Assembly: GCA_965198005.1 (NCBI GenBank)
Contig: CBDAOI010000003.1
Location: forward strand, 800,001 to 864,000
DNA from: Spirochaetia bacterium
GTDB taxonomy: Bacteria > Spirochaetota > Spirochaetia > SZUA-6 > Bin103
Direction of reading: 5' to 3'
Length of the DNA: 64,000 bases
The notes beneath the pieces were generated by a model, which searched no databases, was not told where the DNA came from, and worked only from the letters and a program-made list of their open reading frames with translations. This document shows, one piece after another, positions 9,880-19,094 of the stretch (positions are counted from its first letter, which is position 1; every line of letters begins with the position of its first letter). Made by a program: the position numbers and the translations under genes.

Positions 9880-10869
9880 TTACAGGGCTTCCAGGAAGGC
9901 GAGGAGCGCGTCGGGGGGACGATAGCGCCCGGGAGTGGTGTGAGCCGGAGCAGTTTTCGCCAGGGCGCGTTCCTTGAGTCCGAGGTGGGCATGGAGATAG
10001 ACCTGTGTCGTCTGGACGCTCTCGTGGCCGAGCCACAGTGCGATCACGGAAGTGTCAATGCCCGCCTCCAGGAGCCGCATCGCCGCAGTGTGGCGCAGTA
10101 CATGTGGTGAGACCCTTTTGGCGCCCAGGGACGGGCACGCGAGCGCGGCGACGCGGGTGTGCTTGGCCAGCAGACGCTCGACCGCATCACGGCTGAGTGG
10201 TCGACTGAGCTGGCTGGGAAACAGCGCGGCGTGCGGGTCACCAGCGAGTTCGCGGAGCCACACTTGGAGCACTGCTACAGTCTGGACGGTGAGCGGGGTG
10301 ACGCGATCTTTGCGTCCTTTGCCGTGGCAGCGTACGTGAGCGCCACGGTCCAGACGGACGTCACAGCCGCGCAGGCCGACCAGTTCGGAAACGCGCAGGC
10401 CGGTCTGCACAGCCAGGACAAGCAACGCATGGTCGCGCCGACCGATGCGCGTAGTACGATCGGGGGCTGCGAGCAACGCATCGACCTCAGTTGGGGTCAG
10501 AAAGCTCACTTCGGTGCGATGCTGTCGCTTCGCCGGGATCGCGAGCACCCGCTGGATCATGTGGGCGTGATCGGGGTGACGCAGCTCGGCGAAGCGAAAC
10601 AGGGAATGAATCGCGACCAGACGGGCGTTCCTGGTGCGCGCGCTGTTGCCACGGTCATGTTCGAGATGATTGAGGAACGCGTCGATGACGGCCACGTCCA
10701 GATCGATGAGAAGCAACTGCGACGGCGGCTTGCCGAGCCGCGCAGTAGTGAACGCGAGCAGCAGCCGAAAGGTGTCACGGTAGGCAGCTACCGTGTGCGG
10801 GCTGGCCTGACGTTCGCCGAGCAAGCGCTGGGTGAAGAACGTCTGGAGAGTAGGTGCCAGGGTGCTCAT
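9880..10869 (-). CDS. Tyrosine recombinase, RitC-like, apparently intact
   Basis: GLRVSE, GKGRK, HVLRH, LGH and TTQVY catalytic motifs; N-terminal FFTQRL..ASPHTVAAYRD. Confidence 0.9.
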   Translation of the reverse strand: MSTLAPTLQTFFTQRLLGERQASPHTVAAYRDTFRLLLAFTTARLGKPPSQLLLIDLDVAVIDAFLNHLEHDRGNSARTRNARLVAIHSLFRFAELRHPDHAHMIQRVLAIPAKRQHRTEVSFLTPTEVDALLAAPDRTTRIGRRDHALLVLAVQTGLRVSELVGLRGCDVRLDRGAHVRCHGKGRKDRVTPLTVQTVAVLQVWLRELAGDPHAALFPSQLSRPLSRDAVERLLAKHTRVAALACPSLGAKRVSPHVLRHTAAMRLLEAGIDTSVIALWLGHESVQTTQVYLHAHLGLKERALAKTAPAHTTPGRYRPPDALLAFLEAL

Positions 10870-11328
10870 GTCATTTCTCCCCAGGCCTGTTCGACACCGA
10901 GTCGCTGGGCGGCCACCGTCAGCAACTCGGGAACGGCCTGCAGATACCAATAGGTGGAAGCCGGATGGCTATGGCCGAGATACGCCGCCAGCGCTGGCAG
11001 CTTGGCAGCCACGTCGACGCCATCGCGATACCAGCCGAGCAGCGTGTTGATGGCGAAGCTGTGACGTAACCCATGCAGCCGGGGACGACATGATAGCGAG
11101 CGTGGTTGGATGCCGACCTCGTTCGCCAAGTCCACAAACACCTTGCGGACGACGGGATAGAGCAGCGGGGTTCCAGCGGCTGAGACAAAGAAGCTTGCTG
11201 CCTTGGGCTTCGGACAGAGCCGATCTCGCTCCTGCGTGTAGGTAGCCAGAGCGTCGCTGGTCGAAGGATGCAACGGCAGGAGACGGGACTTGTTGAACTT
11301 GCTCTGACGTACGTTCAGCAGGCGGTGA
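10866..11328 (-). pseudogene. Tyrosine recombinase, RitB-like, C-terminal fragment
   Basis: SKFNKSRLLPLHPST, HGLRHSFA, LAAYLGH..STYWYL. 4-bp overlap with ritC. Confidence 0.85.
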
Positions 11329-11409
11329 CCGCTCCAGCCTTGCATCGCACCAGGCTTCGGCGCTAACGTACTCCTCGCTGGTGTGCCCCGATTGGTATCG
11401 AAGTTGCAC
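11329..11409 (-). pseudogene. N-terminal shard of an IS-associated Zn-finger accessory gene
   Basis: VQLRYQSGHTSEEYVSAEAWCDARLER resembles the starts of accessory genes of rve/ExeA elements (recall only). Confidence 0.4.
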
Positions 11410-11755
11410 CGGCCACGGCCCGGCGGGCCTGAGACCCGCGCGGGCCACTTTTCTCCTCGCTGGTTATGGATTATGCTCCCAAAGAGATAACCCGGTCAGG
11501 AGGGGTATCGGGAACCGTCCGCTGAGCCGTGTATTCTGCGGCCCCGGCACCTGTGAGAGTGCCCCTGCGTTTGTCGCTGCTGGTCGGCTGTACGCTGCCC
11601 GCGCAGAAGTCGTAGGCCGACAAATGATGGACCATGGTCATAATCCATGGCCGGCATCCGGGTACACCGGGCCACGCACATGAGCCGATCCGCCGCCGCG
11701 TTAATCACGATGACCTCTGATCGCCTGAGGAACTGCTGGCGCGAACCCGACCGCG

Positions 11756-13414
11756 CTACGCGGCCGGAGCAGAGCGGTAGCTGGCACAGCGCGGGTCGCG
11801 CCGTCGGTTATGGACGGTGCAGCGCAAACGCAAATTGACCATGTCGTTATTGCCGCCCTGCGCCACCGGCACGATGTGGTCGATCTGCACCAGGTGGGTC
11901 GACCCGCAGGTCACGCCGGTGAGCGGGTCCTGGTAGCAGCAAGCCCCACCGTCCCTTCGCCACACCGCACGTCGCACCGCCTCTGGAATGTGCCGCCTCC
12001 CCCGGCGCGCGCGGGCGGATTCGGGTGCTGGCGGGCGCGACGCCGTGCGATCTCCGGACAGCCGCGCTCGCACACCGGAGTGCAACTCGGCGGCCGTCCG
12101 GGAAGGCCCCTTCCCTGCCCGCGGCGCCTGCTGGTTCTGCGCCGAACTCGGAGTGCCGCGGCGAACCTGCTCGCTTCCCGGGGTCGCTACTGTCTGCGCT
12201 TGCCGGTTCGGCGCCGAACCGCGGGCAGGTGCGACGCTGGAGTCGGCCGCAACAGGACCGGGCGCAGGAGAGCTGGCAGCGACCGAGCCGGCGTGGCGCG
12301 GAGTCCGAGCACCACTCCGATCCGCTGCCCGCGGCGCTTGTTGGTCCTGCGCCGAACTGCCACCGCGTGCGCCCGCGGTGCCGGCGGCGACCGGACCGCG
12401 TGTGGGAAAGCCGCCATCAACCGAGCCGGCGTGGCGCGAAGTCCGATCGCCACTCCGGTCCGGGACCCGCGGCGCCTGTTGGTTCTGCGCCGAACTGCCG
12501 GCAAGTGCGACGCCGGGGCCGGCGGCGACCGGAGCGGGTGCGGGGCTGCCAGCAACCGGACCCGCGGCAACCGAACTGCGGGCAGCCGCGGTCGCGGGCA
12601 CCCCCTCGCCAGGCACACTAGTGGCGCAGGTCGACGAGCCGGCCTCGGGCGTAGCCGCGCCCACCGCACCTCCGGCGACCCGGCGTTTGCCGGTGCCGCC
12701 GCGTTCCTGCTCGCACGTTTCGGCGGGCCGCGTCGGCACCGCCGCCCCCCGCTTGGCCCGGCCCCGCTCCCGCATCGGGTCGTACTTCCGCTCCGCCTGC
12801 TGCAGCAGGTAGGCGAGCAGTTGCCCGGTGGTGAAGCGCGGGTTCACGTGCGACAGCCAGCCCTTCAGCTTGGCGATGGTGTCTATACTGCTCTGGTCCA
12901 GGATCACCCGCACCGCGTAGCGGCCGCCGCCGAGGGCGCGCTGCTGCTCTCGCGGCAGGCCCAGCTCGGGCTCCAGTTCCGCCAGCAGCTTCTCGGTCTC
13001 ACGGGCCGACTTGTTGGCGACCAGATCGACCAGTTCGACCTTCTGGTCCCGGGTCCATGCCGGTGGTGGTTCCGTCGCGGGCGGCGGCGGCGCAGACTCG
13101 CGGGCCGCACCCGGGGGCGGCGACGCAGCGGCCGACGCCAACGCCGCCGGGGATGCGGCCGCGGCCTTCCCGGCTGCGGCCGCGGTTTCCGCCTCCGGCG
13201 ACGTCGCCGGCCCTGGCGCCAGCGCTGCGGCAGGCGCGACTTCCTGGGTTCCCGCGACTTCCGTCTGCGCCGGGTGCACCCCTCCAGCCGACGACTCCCC
13301 GGCGCCCACACTTACAGCGCCCGTCGCCGACACGCTCGCCGACTCACGGACGGCCTTACGGGCCGCTTTCCGCGCACGCTTTTCAATCGCGTTCTGCAAC
13401 TGACTCGCGGTGAC
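11756..13414 (-). pseudogene. HNH endonuclease with a long Ala/Pro-rich repeat linker, probably N-terminally truncated
   Basis: RHIPEAVRRAVWRRDGGAC..C..QIDHIVPVAQGG..NLRLRCTVHN. In-frame stop just upstream of VTASQLQNAIE, with no convincing start. Confidence 0.75.
12118..12500 (-). repeat. In-frame repeats (SSAQNQQAPR) inside the HNH gene
   Basis: CCCGCGGCGCYTGYTGGTYCTGCGCCGAACT at 12118, 12328 and 12466 (spacings 210 and 138). Confidence 0.85.
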
Positions 13415-13543
13415 ACCGCGTCAGCACCGCTCCTCCCGCTCGCGTCCGGTGAGGGCTGGCGGCGTGGCGCCGTCGTCGGGAGTGAAAGCCGGTGTTACCG
13501 GCGCAAGCAAGAAACGGGCCACGGGTCGCAGACCCGAGATCCG

Positions 13544-13794
13544 ATCATTGGCCTGTTGATCGCGCTGGCGGTCGGCATCTACTCGGCGGTGCGCCAGGAC
13601 ACGTTGGGCGATTACGCTGGCCGCAGCGTCGCCATCTTCGGGTTGGCCACGCCCAACTTCTGGCTGGCCCTCATGGTCCTGATCTTTCCCGGCATCTGGT
13701 GGGGCTGGGCGCCCCCGCTGCGATTGTTTGACTTCAGCGAGGATCCGCTGGCCCACATCGGCGCGTTCCTCATCCCCGGGCGGATCCTGGGTAC
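13544..13794 (+). pseudogene. Internal fragment of a third DppB-like permease
   Basis: IIGLLIALAVGIYSAVRQD...GLATPNFWL...ILGT, matching the paralogs at 1652 and 19095. Confidence 0.85.
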
Positions 13795-15710
13795 GAGCGC
13801 CAGGCTAACTGGCATATGACAGAGGGTGAAAGTCCCTCGGAACGAAGGAGCAGCCAATCCACGTTTCTCCGCGAGCCGTGCGTTGGCACCTGCGAGGGTG
13901 CAGGCGAAGCGTCGGCAGCGGTGCGTGCGGGCAGAGTTATGGAGCGCCGCAAAATACGACATCTGGAGTGCCGAGACTCTGTACTCGGTCGAAGGCAACA
14001 CCGGTCGAGCCAGTATGGTGAGGATCGACCGGGCTCCACGGCGTCGAAGAACTCAGGCACGTGCGTACGTCATATACCGGGACCTGGGAGGTCTTCGGGT
14101 CGTCCCGGCGAGTCGTCGCCGGGACCGCGGAGGGAAGGCGTGAGGCTGGACCAAAGATGAACGACCCGAAGGAGTCGGACATGGGCATAGTAGCGGCGAA
14201 GCCGGCGAACAAGGGAGCGCAAGCGACTGCGGAGACGGTGGAGCGAAGGCCCATGACCAACGGGAATTCGCAAGGTCAAAGCACGGGCCGGACGCAGAGT
14301 CGGGCAACCGTGACACAGGCGGCCGAGCGGATACGGCAATTCGTAAAGAGAGAACCGCAGGAGAAACTCACTGCGCTGCTGCACCACGTGACGCCGGAAG
14401 CGCTGCGGGTGGCCTATTACGCGCTGAAGCGTGAAGCGGCCCCGGGGGTGGACGGGATGACGTGGCGGGAGTACGAGACGGGGTTGGAAGTGCGCTTGCA
14501 CGACCTGCACCGGAGAGTACACACAGGAGCGTACCGAGCGACCCCGGTACGGCGGGTCAACATCGACAAGCCGGACGGAGGCACACGACCGCTGGGGGTG
14601 GCCGCGCTGGAGGACAAGATCGTCCAGAAGGCCGTGGTGGATGTGATCCTGACACCGATCTATGAGGAGGAATTTCTCGGGATCAGCTATGGGTTTCGAC
14701 CGGGGCGAGGGGCACACGATGCGTTGGACGCACTGGCCTACGCCATCGAACGGCGCAAAGTGAACTGGATATTGGACGCGGACATTCGCGGCTACTTCGA
14801 TTCGATCTCGCGGGACTGGTTGATCAGATTCCTGGAGCATCGGATTGGAGATCGGCGGGTGCTGCGGCTGATAAAGAAGTGGCTGCGCGCTGGGGTACTG
14901 GAAGAAGGCCGACAGATCGACGCGGGGCGGGGTACAGCGCAAGGGTCGGTGATTTCACCGATGCTCGCGAATATATACTTGCACTACGTGTTGGACCTGT
15001 GGGTCACCAAGAAGTGGCGGCCGCAGGAGGCGCGCGGAGACATGATCATAGTGCGCTACGCAGATGACTATGTCGCCGGGTTCGAGCATCGTGACGATGC
15101 GGAACGCTTCCTGCGGGAACTGAAGGAGCGATTCAGAGACTTCGAGCTGGAACTGAACGCCGACAAGACCCGACTCCTCGAGTTTGGACGGTATGCCGAA
15201 AGGAACCGCCGAGCACGTGGGGAAGGGCGACCGGAGACGTTCGACTTTCTGGGTTTCACGCATTATTGCAGGAAGGACAGGAAAGGACGCTTCGGGCTGG
15301 GGCGGAAGCCAATTCGGAAGCGGATGAATCGTACGCTGAAGAGGATCAAGATCGAGCTCCGCAGACGAATGCATGATGACGTGATGGAAACCGGGCGCTG
15401 GCTGGGACGGGTACTGCGCGGATGGCTCAACTACTACGCGGTACCCACCAGCTACCGCTACCTGCATCGATTCGTGTGGCGTCTGCGAGGAATCTGGGTA
15501 AAGATTCTACGCCGGAGGTCCCAGAAGGACCGATTCTCCTGGGCTTGGATGCTGGCAATCAGCATCGAGCTGTGGCCCCAACCCCGAATCGTACACCCAT
15601 GGCCGGACCGGCGATTTGCCGTCAACCACCGAAGGTAGGAGCCGGATGGTTTAACGACCACGTCCGGATCTGTGCGGGGGGCGTCGGGTAACCGGCGTTC
15701 CTACCGCGCC
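13795..15710 (+). mobile_element. Group II intron (bacterial class E-like), full length
   Basis: DI motifs (GGGTGAAAGTCCC; GAAGGCAACAC); EBS1 GTACTC at 13981-13986 pairs with IBS1 GGGTAC at 13789-13794; DV from 15639 (GAGCCGGATG...CGTCCGGATC) and DVI ending CCTACCGCGCC. Confidence 0.92.
14157..15638 (+). CDS. ltrA: Group II intron reverse transcriptase/maturase without an endonuclease domain
   Basis: APGVDG, KPDGGTRPLG, SYGFRPGR, DADIRGYFD, GTAQGSVISP, RYADD, FDFLGF, X domain RGWLNYY. Start could be GTG at 14310. Confidence 0.93.
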   Translation: MNDPKESDMGIVAAKPANKGAQATAETVERRPMTNGNSQGQSTGRTQSRATVTQAAERIRQFVKREPQEKLTALLHHVTPEALRVAYYALKREAAPGVDGMTWREYETGLEVRLHDLHRRVHTGAYRATPVRRVNIDKPDGGTRPLGVAALEDKIVQKAVVDVILTPIYEEEFLGISYGFRPGRGAHDALDALAYAIERRKVNWILDADIRGYFDSISRDWLIRFLEHRIGDRRVLRLIKKWLRAGVLEEGRQIDAGRGTAQGSVISPMLANIYLHYVLDLWVTKKWRPQEARGDMIIVRYADDYVAGFEHRDDAERFLRELKERFRDFELELNADKTRLLEFGRYAERNRRARGEGRPETFDFLGFTHYCRKDRKGRFGLGRKPIRKRMNRTLKRIKIELRRRMHDDVMETGRWLGRVLRGWLNYYAVPTSYRYLHRFVWRLRGIWVKILRRRSQKDRFSWAWMLAISIELWPQPRIVHPWPDRRFAVNHRR

Positions 15711-16246
15711 CTCCCTGGGTTTGGAAGGCCGTCAGGGGGCCGCTATGAGGCCGACTCGGACGCCGAGCGGCCCGCTGCCGGCCAATCGGCCGTGAATGCC
15801 GGCCCTGGAGGGGTCCGAGTGCCGAGATCGTCGCCGCGGCGGCGCTCGTGCTGCCGCTCCTGTCCGAGCAGCCTCGAGCGCCGCGATGGCCGCAGCAACG
15901 GCCCATTCCCCCCGCGCGCGGCGACTGACGGAGCGGCGGCTTGACGCCCGAGGAGGTCTGCCGTCGCTAGTAGCTGGTCCTGGAGGTGGCTGCGACCCGA
16001 CCAGGCTGGGCTGCGGGCGGTGGCGGCGCGGTCAATACGGAGCCAGCGGTTGCCGGGAATCGGCGTTGACGGGTGTTGCAGGGGGTACCCCAGGCTTACC
16101 CCCGAGGGGCTGGAAGGCCCTCAGCGGGCCGCTGTGAGGCCGACGTGGACGGTGAACGGCCTGCGGACGGCCACATCGCCGGCGAATGACGGCTCCGGAG
16201 GGGCGATGCGCCCGAGTCGGCGCCGCGAGGGGCTCTCGGCTGCCGC
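15711..16246 (+). repeat. Degenerate ~147-bp direct repeat (15711-15857 and 16100-16246)
   Basis: TGGAAGGCCGTCAGGGGGCCGCTATGAGGCCGAC vs TGGAAGGCCCTCAGCGGGCCGCTGTGAGGCCGAC. Both end in CTGCCGC at an offset of 389. Confidence 0.75.
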
Positions 16247-16297
16247 GGCTGCCCGAACGAAATCTCAAGAAACCTTCAATTCGCCAGTTTTTTCCTG

Positions 16298-16325
16298 TTG
16301 ATTTGTGCCGCAGGGGTGGCATACT
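16298..16325 (+). promoter_or_regulatory. Sigma70-like promoter
   Basis: TTGATT-16 nt-CATACT with an extended -10 TG and an AT-rich upstream tract. Confidence 0.45.
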
Positions 16326-16759
16326 GAAAGTCTCAGGTTTGAACGGATGCAAAAGATGGCTGAAAACACTACTCAGAGCTGCCACCGGTTAGGGGCAGCG
16401 CAACCGGCGCGTCCTACCCTTGCCCATCCCCCCCTCCCCGGAAATCCTTTCGCGGCGGGGGTTGGCAAATGGTGGGGCCCCCTCCAGACTGTCTCTTCAG
16501 GCCATCGACTGCCGTTCACCGAGAATTGCTGGGCCGATTCGTGGTTGGCGTCCACCGGAGCGGAGGTTATGATAGGGTGGGATGCAGTCAATCGCGACAT
16601 CGCGACTACATCTGGGTCTGGGTATAGCTGTGCCTCACCTGCGGAGGGCTTGAGTGACCTATAACACGTCAACGCTTATGACACTCTGTTCCCCTGACAG
16701 CCGCTCGCCGAGATTTGCTGAAAATCAGCTCGCGGCGGGCTTGCTTAATGGTGAGGAGT

Positions 16760-16778
16760 CCCCCCCCCCCCCCCCCCC
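16760..16778. repeat. C19 homopolymer
   Basis: Run of 19 C seen directly. Confidence 0.9.
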
Positions 16779-17184
16779 GCCAGCTGTTCAGATAGCCGAG
16801 AACCGCTGACCGCAGGGGCCGCGCGCCCTCTCCTTCGCCCACGATCGCGACCGTCCCGGACCCCCGTCCGGGGGCAACTCGTTCCGAAACACACCCATCG
16901 CCGGCGTCGCCGGCCCAGCACACTCCCTGCGCACCGCCCCGCATCCCATGGTGTCACCCCGGACGGGCGGCGTTCGCAGTCGTACCAGGAGGAGCCCGCA
17001 CTCGGATGCAGATCCTGACCGTATACGGATAGAGCGGATCCAGCCCGAGCGGCCCCCCGCCGACCTCGGCGCTCCCGCCTGCCGCCCTTCGCTTTCGGGT
17101 CGCCTGCAATGCAAGCCAGACCTCGGGAGTAGGCGAAGGACCGGCAGTGGCCCGAGTACTCCCAAACAACAGGAGATCTACACT

Positions 17185-19005
17185 ATGAGTAGCGGAATGA
17201 CCAAAACGTGCCTCGCGGTGCTGTTTGGGGTCGTCCTGACCGCAACCGGCCTGTGGGCCAGCGCGGCCGCCGAAGAGGAGCCGGCCGCGGCGATGGAGAA
17301 GGAGATGGTGATGGACCCGGCCACCGGCAAGCAGGTGACCGCCCCCGAATATGGCGGCACCCTCACCGTCCCCATCCCCGATGACCCGCCGACGGTCGAC
17401 ACCTACTACGGCACGGGGGGCGTTATCGCCGGCCTCGTGGTGGAGAAGCTCGGCATCGGTGACTGGGGCGTCGATCGCGACACGTTCGACTTCCGCACCA
17501 CCTACCTGCCCGACCACGTCATCGTCGGCCGCCTGGCCGAGCGCTGGGAGCAACCCGACCCGACCACCATCATCTTTCACATCCGTGAGGGCGTGAACTG
17601 GCACGACAAGGCGCCGATGAACGGTCGCGCGCTAACCGCCAAGGACGTGGAATTCAACTTCCACCGCTACGTCGGAATCGGTAGCGGCTTCACCGAGGTG
17701 CCGGAAGCCGTCGCCCGCTCGTCGACCCTGGACGATCTCGGTATCACTTCGGTAACGGCCCAAGGCAACACCGTCGTCTTCAAGCTGGCCGAGGTGAACC
17801 TTGATGCGCTAAAGAACATTCTGACGGTGAACGTCGCGTTCATCTATCCGCCAGAGGTAATTCGGGCCGGGACCGGCATCGACATCGGCGATTGGCAGAA
17901 CCTGGTAGGCACCGGCCCCTACGAACTTACCGACTGGGTGGAAGGCAGCTCCGTCAACTGGGAGAAGGCTCCTGACTACTGGGGCTTCGACGAGAAGTTC
18001 CCGCAGAACCGACTGCCCTACATCGATAGCATCAACATGCTGGTGATGCCGGAGTCGCAAACGCGTCTGGCGGCCTTGCGCTCAGGGAAGCTCGATTTCG
18101 TCGGCTTCCAAACCAATGCGCAGGTTACGTCGATCGACCAGCTGGAGAGCCTGCAACGCACCAACCCCGACATCGTGGGGGAGGGCTACAATTACCGATC
18201 TGAGACCTCGCCCGTCATTAATATGAGCAGGCCGCCCTTCGACGATGTCCGCGTACGCCACGCCCTGCAGATGGCACTCGACGTGGAGGGCGCCGGGGGT
18301 ACCTATTTCAAGGGTTACGCAGTCACTCAGCCGCAGGGCTGGCTGGGGCGCAACCTGTACCCCTACATGAATCGCTACGAGGACTGGCCGGCGGACCTGA
18401 AGCGGTTTTATTCGTATGACCCGGCCGGCGCGGAAGAGCTCCTCGACGAGGCAGGCTTGCCGCGTGGCGCGGACGGCACCCGTTTCGAGCTCGAGTTGAC
18501 GGCTCTGCCAACACTTGGGGACGCTGGTTGGAATGAGATCATAGCGGACAGCTGGCGGCAGATCGGCATTGATGTAACGCTCACGGTCCAAGAGGGCCCA
18601 GTGTTTACTGCGAAGCGCAACGAGTGTGACTTCGACGTTCAGATGCTGATTGGTGGATACGAATGGAATCCAACCGGCCAGCTCTTGCATCACGTCACCG
18701 ACGGCGGATTCAACCCGGGCTGCCAGGGATCTGCCGGCAATAGTGACCCGGTCTACGATGCGATGGTCGAACGCGTGCAGGCGGCGACCAGCTTGGAAGA
18801 GCGCCAGGCGCTCTCGAGGGACGCCTCGGATTATCTCAACCGTCAGCACTTTGCGCTCTGGGGCGCGCGGGTGCCCTCATTCAACGTGTTCTGGCCGTGG
18901 GTGAAGGGCTACAACGGCGAGGCCGACCCCGGCGACGCGGACCGAATCCTGATCTACTCGCGCGTCTGGATCGATCAGGATCTGAAGCGCGAGATGGGAT
19001 TCTGA
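17185..19005 (+). CDS. Peptide ABC transporter substrate-binding protein (family 5)
   Basis: AGGAG RBS; signal peptide; PEYGGTL, LAERWEQPD, GTGPYEL, PPFDDVRVRHAL. Confidence 0.93.
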   Translation: MSSGMTKTCLAVLFGVVLTATGLWASAAAEEEPAAAMEKEMVMDPATGKQVTAPEYGGTLTVPIPDDPPTVDTYYGTGGVIAGLVVEKLGIGDWGVDRDTFDFRTTYLPDHVIVGRLAERWEQPDPTTIIFHIREGVNWHDKAPMNGRALTAKDVEFNFHRYVGIGSGFTEVPEAVARSSTLDDLGITSVTAQGNTVVFKLAEVNLDALKNILTVNVAFIYPPEVIRAGTGIDIGDWQNLVGTGPYELTDWVEGSSVNWEKAPDYWGFDEKFPQNRLPYIDSINMLVMPESQTRLAALRSGKLDFVGFQTNAQVTSIDQLESLQRTNPDIVGEGYNYRSETSPVINMSRPPFDDVRVRHALQMALDVEGAGGTYFKGYAVTQPQGWLGRNLYPYMNRYEDWPADLKRFYSYDPAGAEELLDEAGLPRGADGTRFELELTALPTLGDAGWNEIIADSWRQIGIDVTLTVQEGPVFTAKRNECDFDVQMLIGGYEWNPTGQLLHHVTDGGFNPGCQGSAGNSDPVYDAMVERVQAATSLEERQALSRDASDYLNRQHFALWGARVPSFNVFWPWVKGYNGEADPGDADRILIYSRVWIDQDLKREMGF

Positions 19006-19094
19006 GCACGGCGGCAGCGCTCCACGCGGCTGCTGAGTAATGCGAACCGTGGGGTGGCGGGTCGAGTCCGCCATCCCATTTTCAACCGGGTGAG

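Larger units (their letters stand above)
9752..11328 (-). mobile_element. RIT (recombinase-in-trio) element remnant, ritC end
   Basis: Two overlapping tyrosine recombinase genes; TATGCCG motifs at 9753, 9778, 9795 and inverted over the ritC stop; 20-bp palindrome at 9752-9771. Confidence 0.8.

Noticed and set aside
12118-12500. 31-bp repeats as a CRISPR array
   Set aside because: Irregular long spacing with homologous intervening sequence; they encode protein repeats.
14061-15638. RT as part of a retron, DGR or defence-RT system
   Set aside because: It has the maturase X domain and flanking DI-DVI ribozyme structure of a group II intron. No TR/VR pair with adenine-specific differences was seen.
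15711-15770. Continuation of dppB after the intron (AAMRPTRT resembles ATMRMTRT)
   Set aside because: The spacing is wrong, and the sequence is better explained by the direct repeat shared with 16100-16246.
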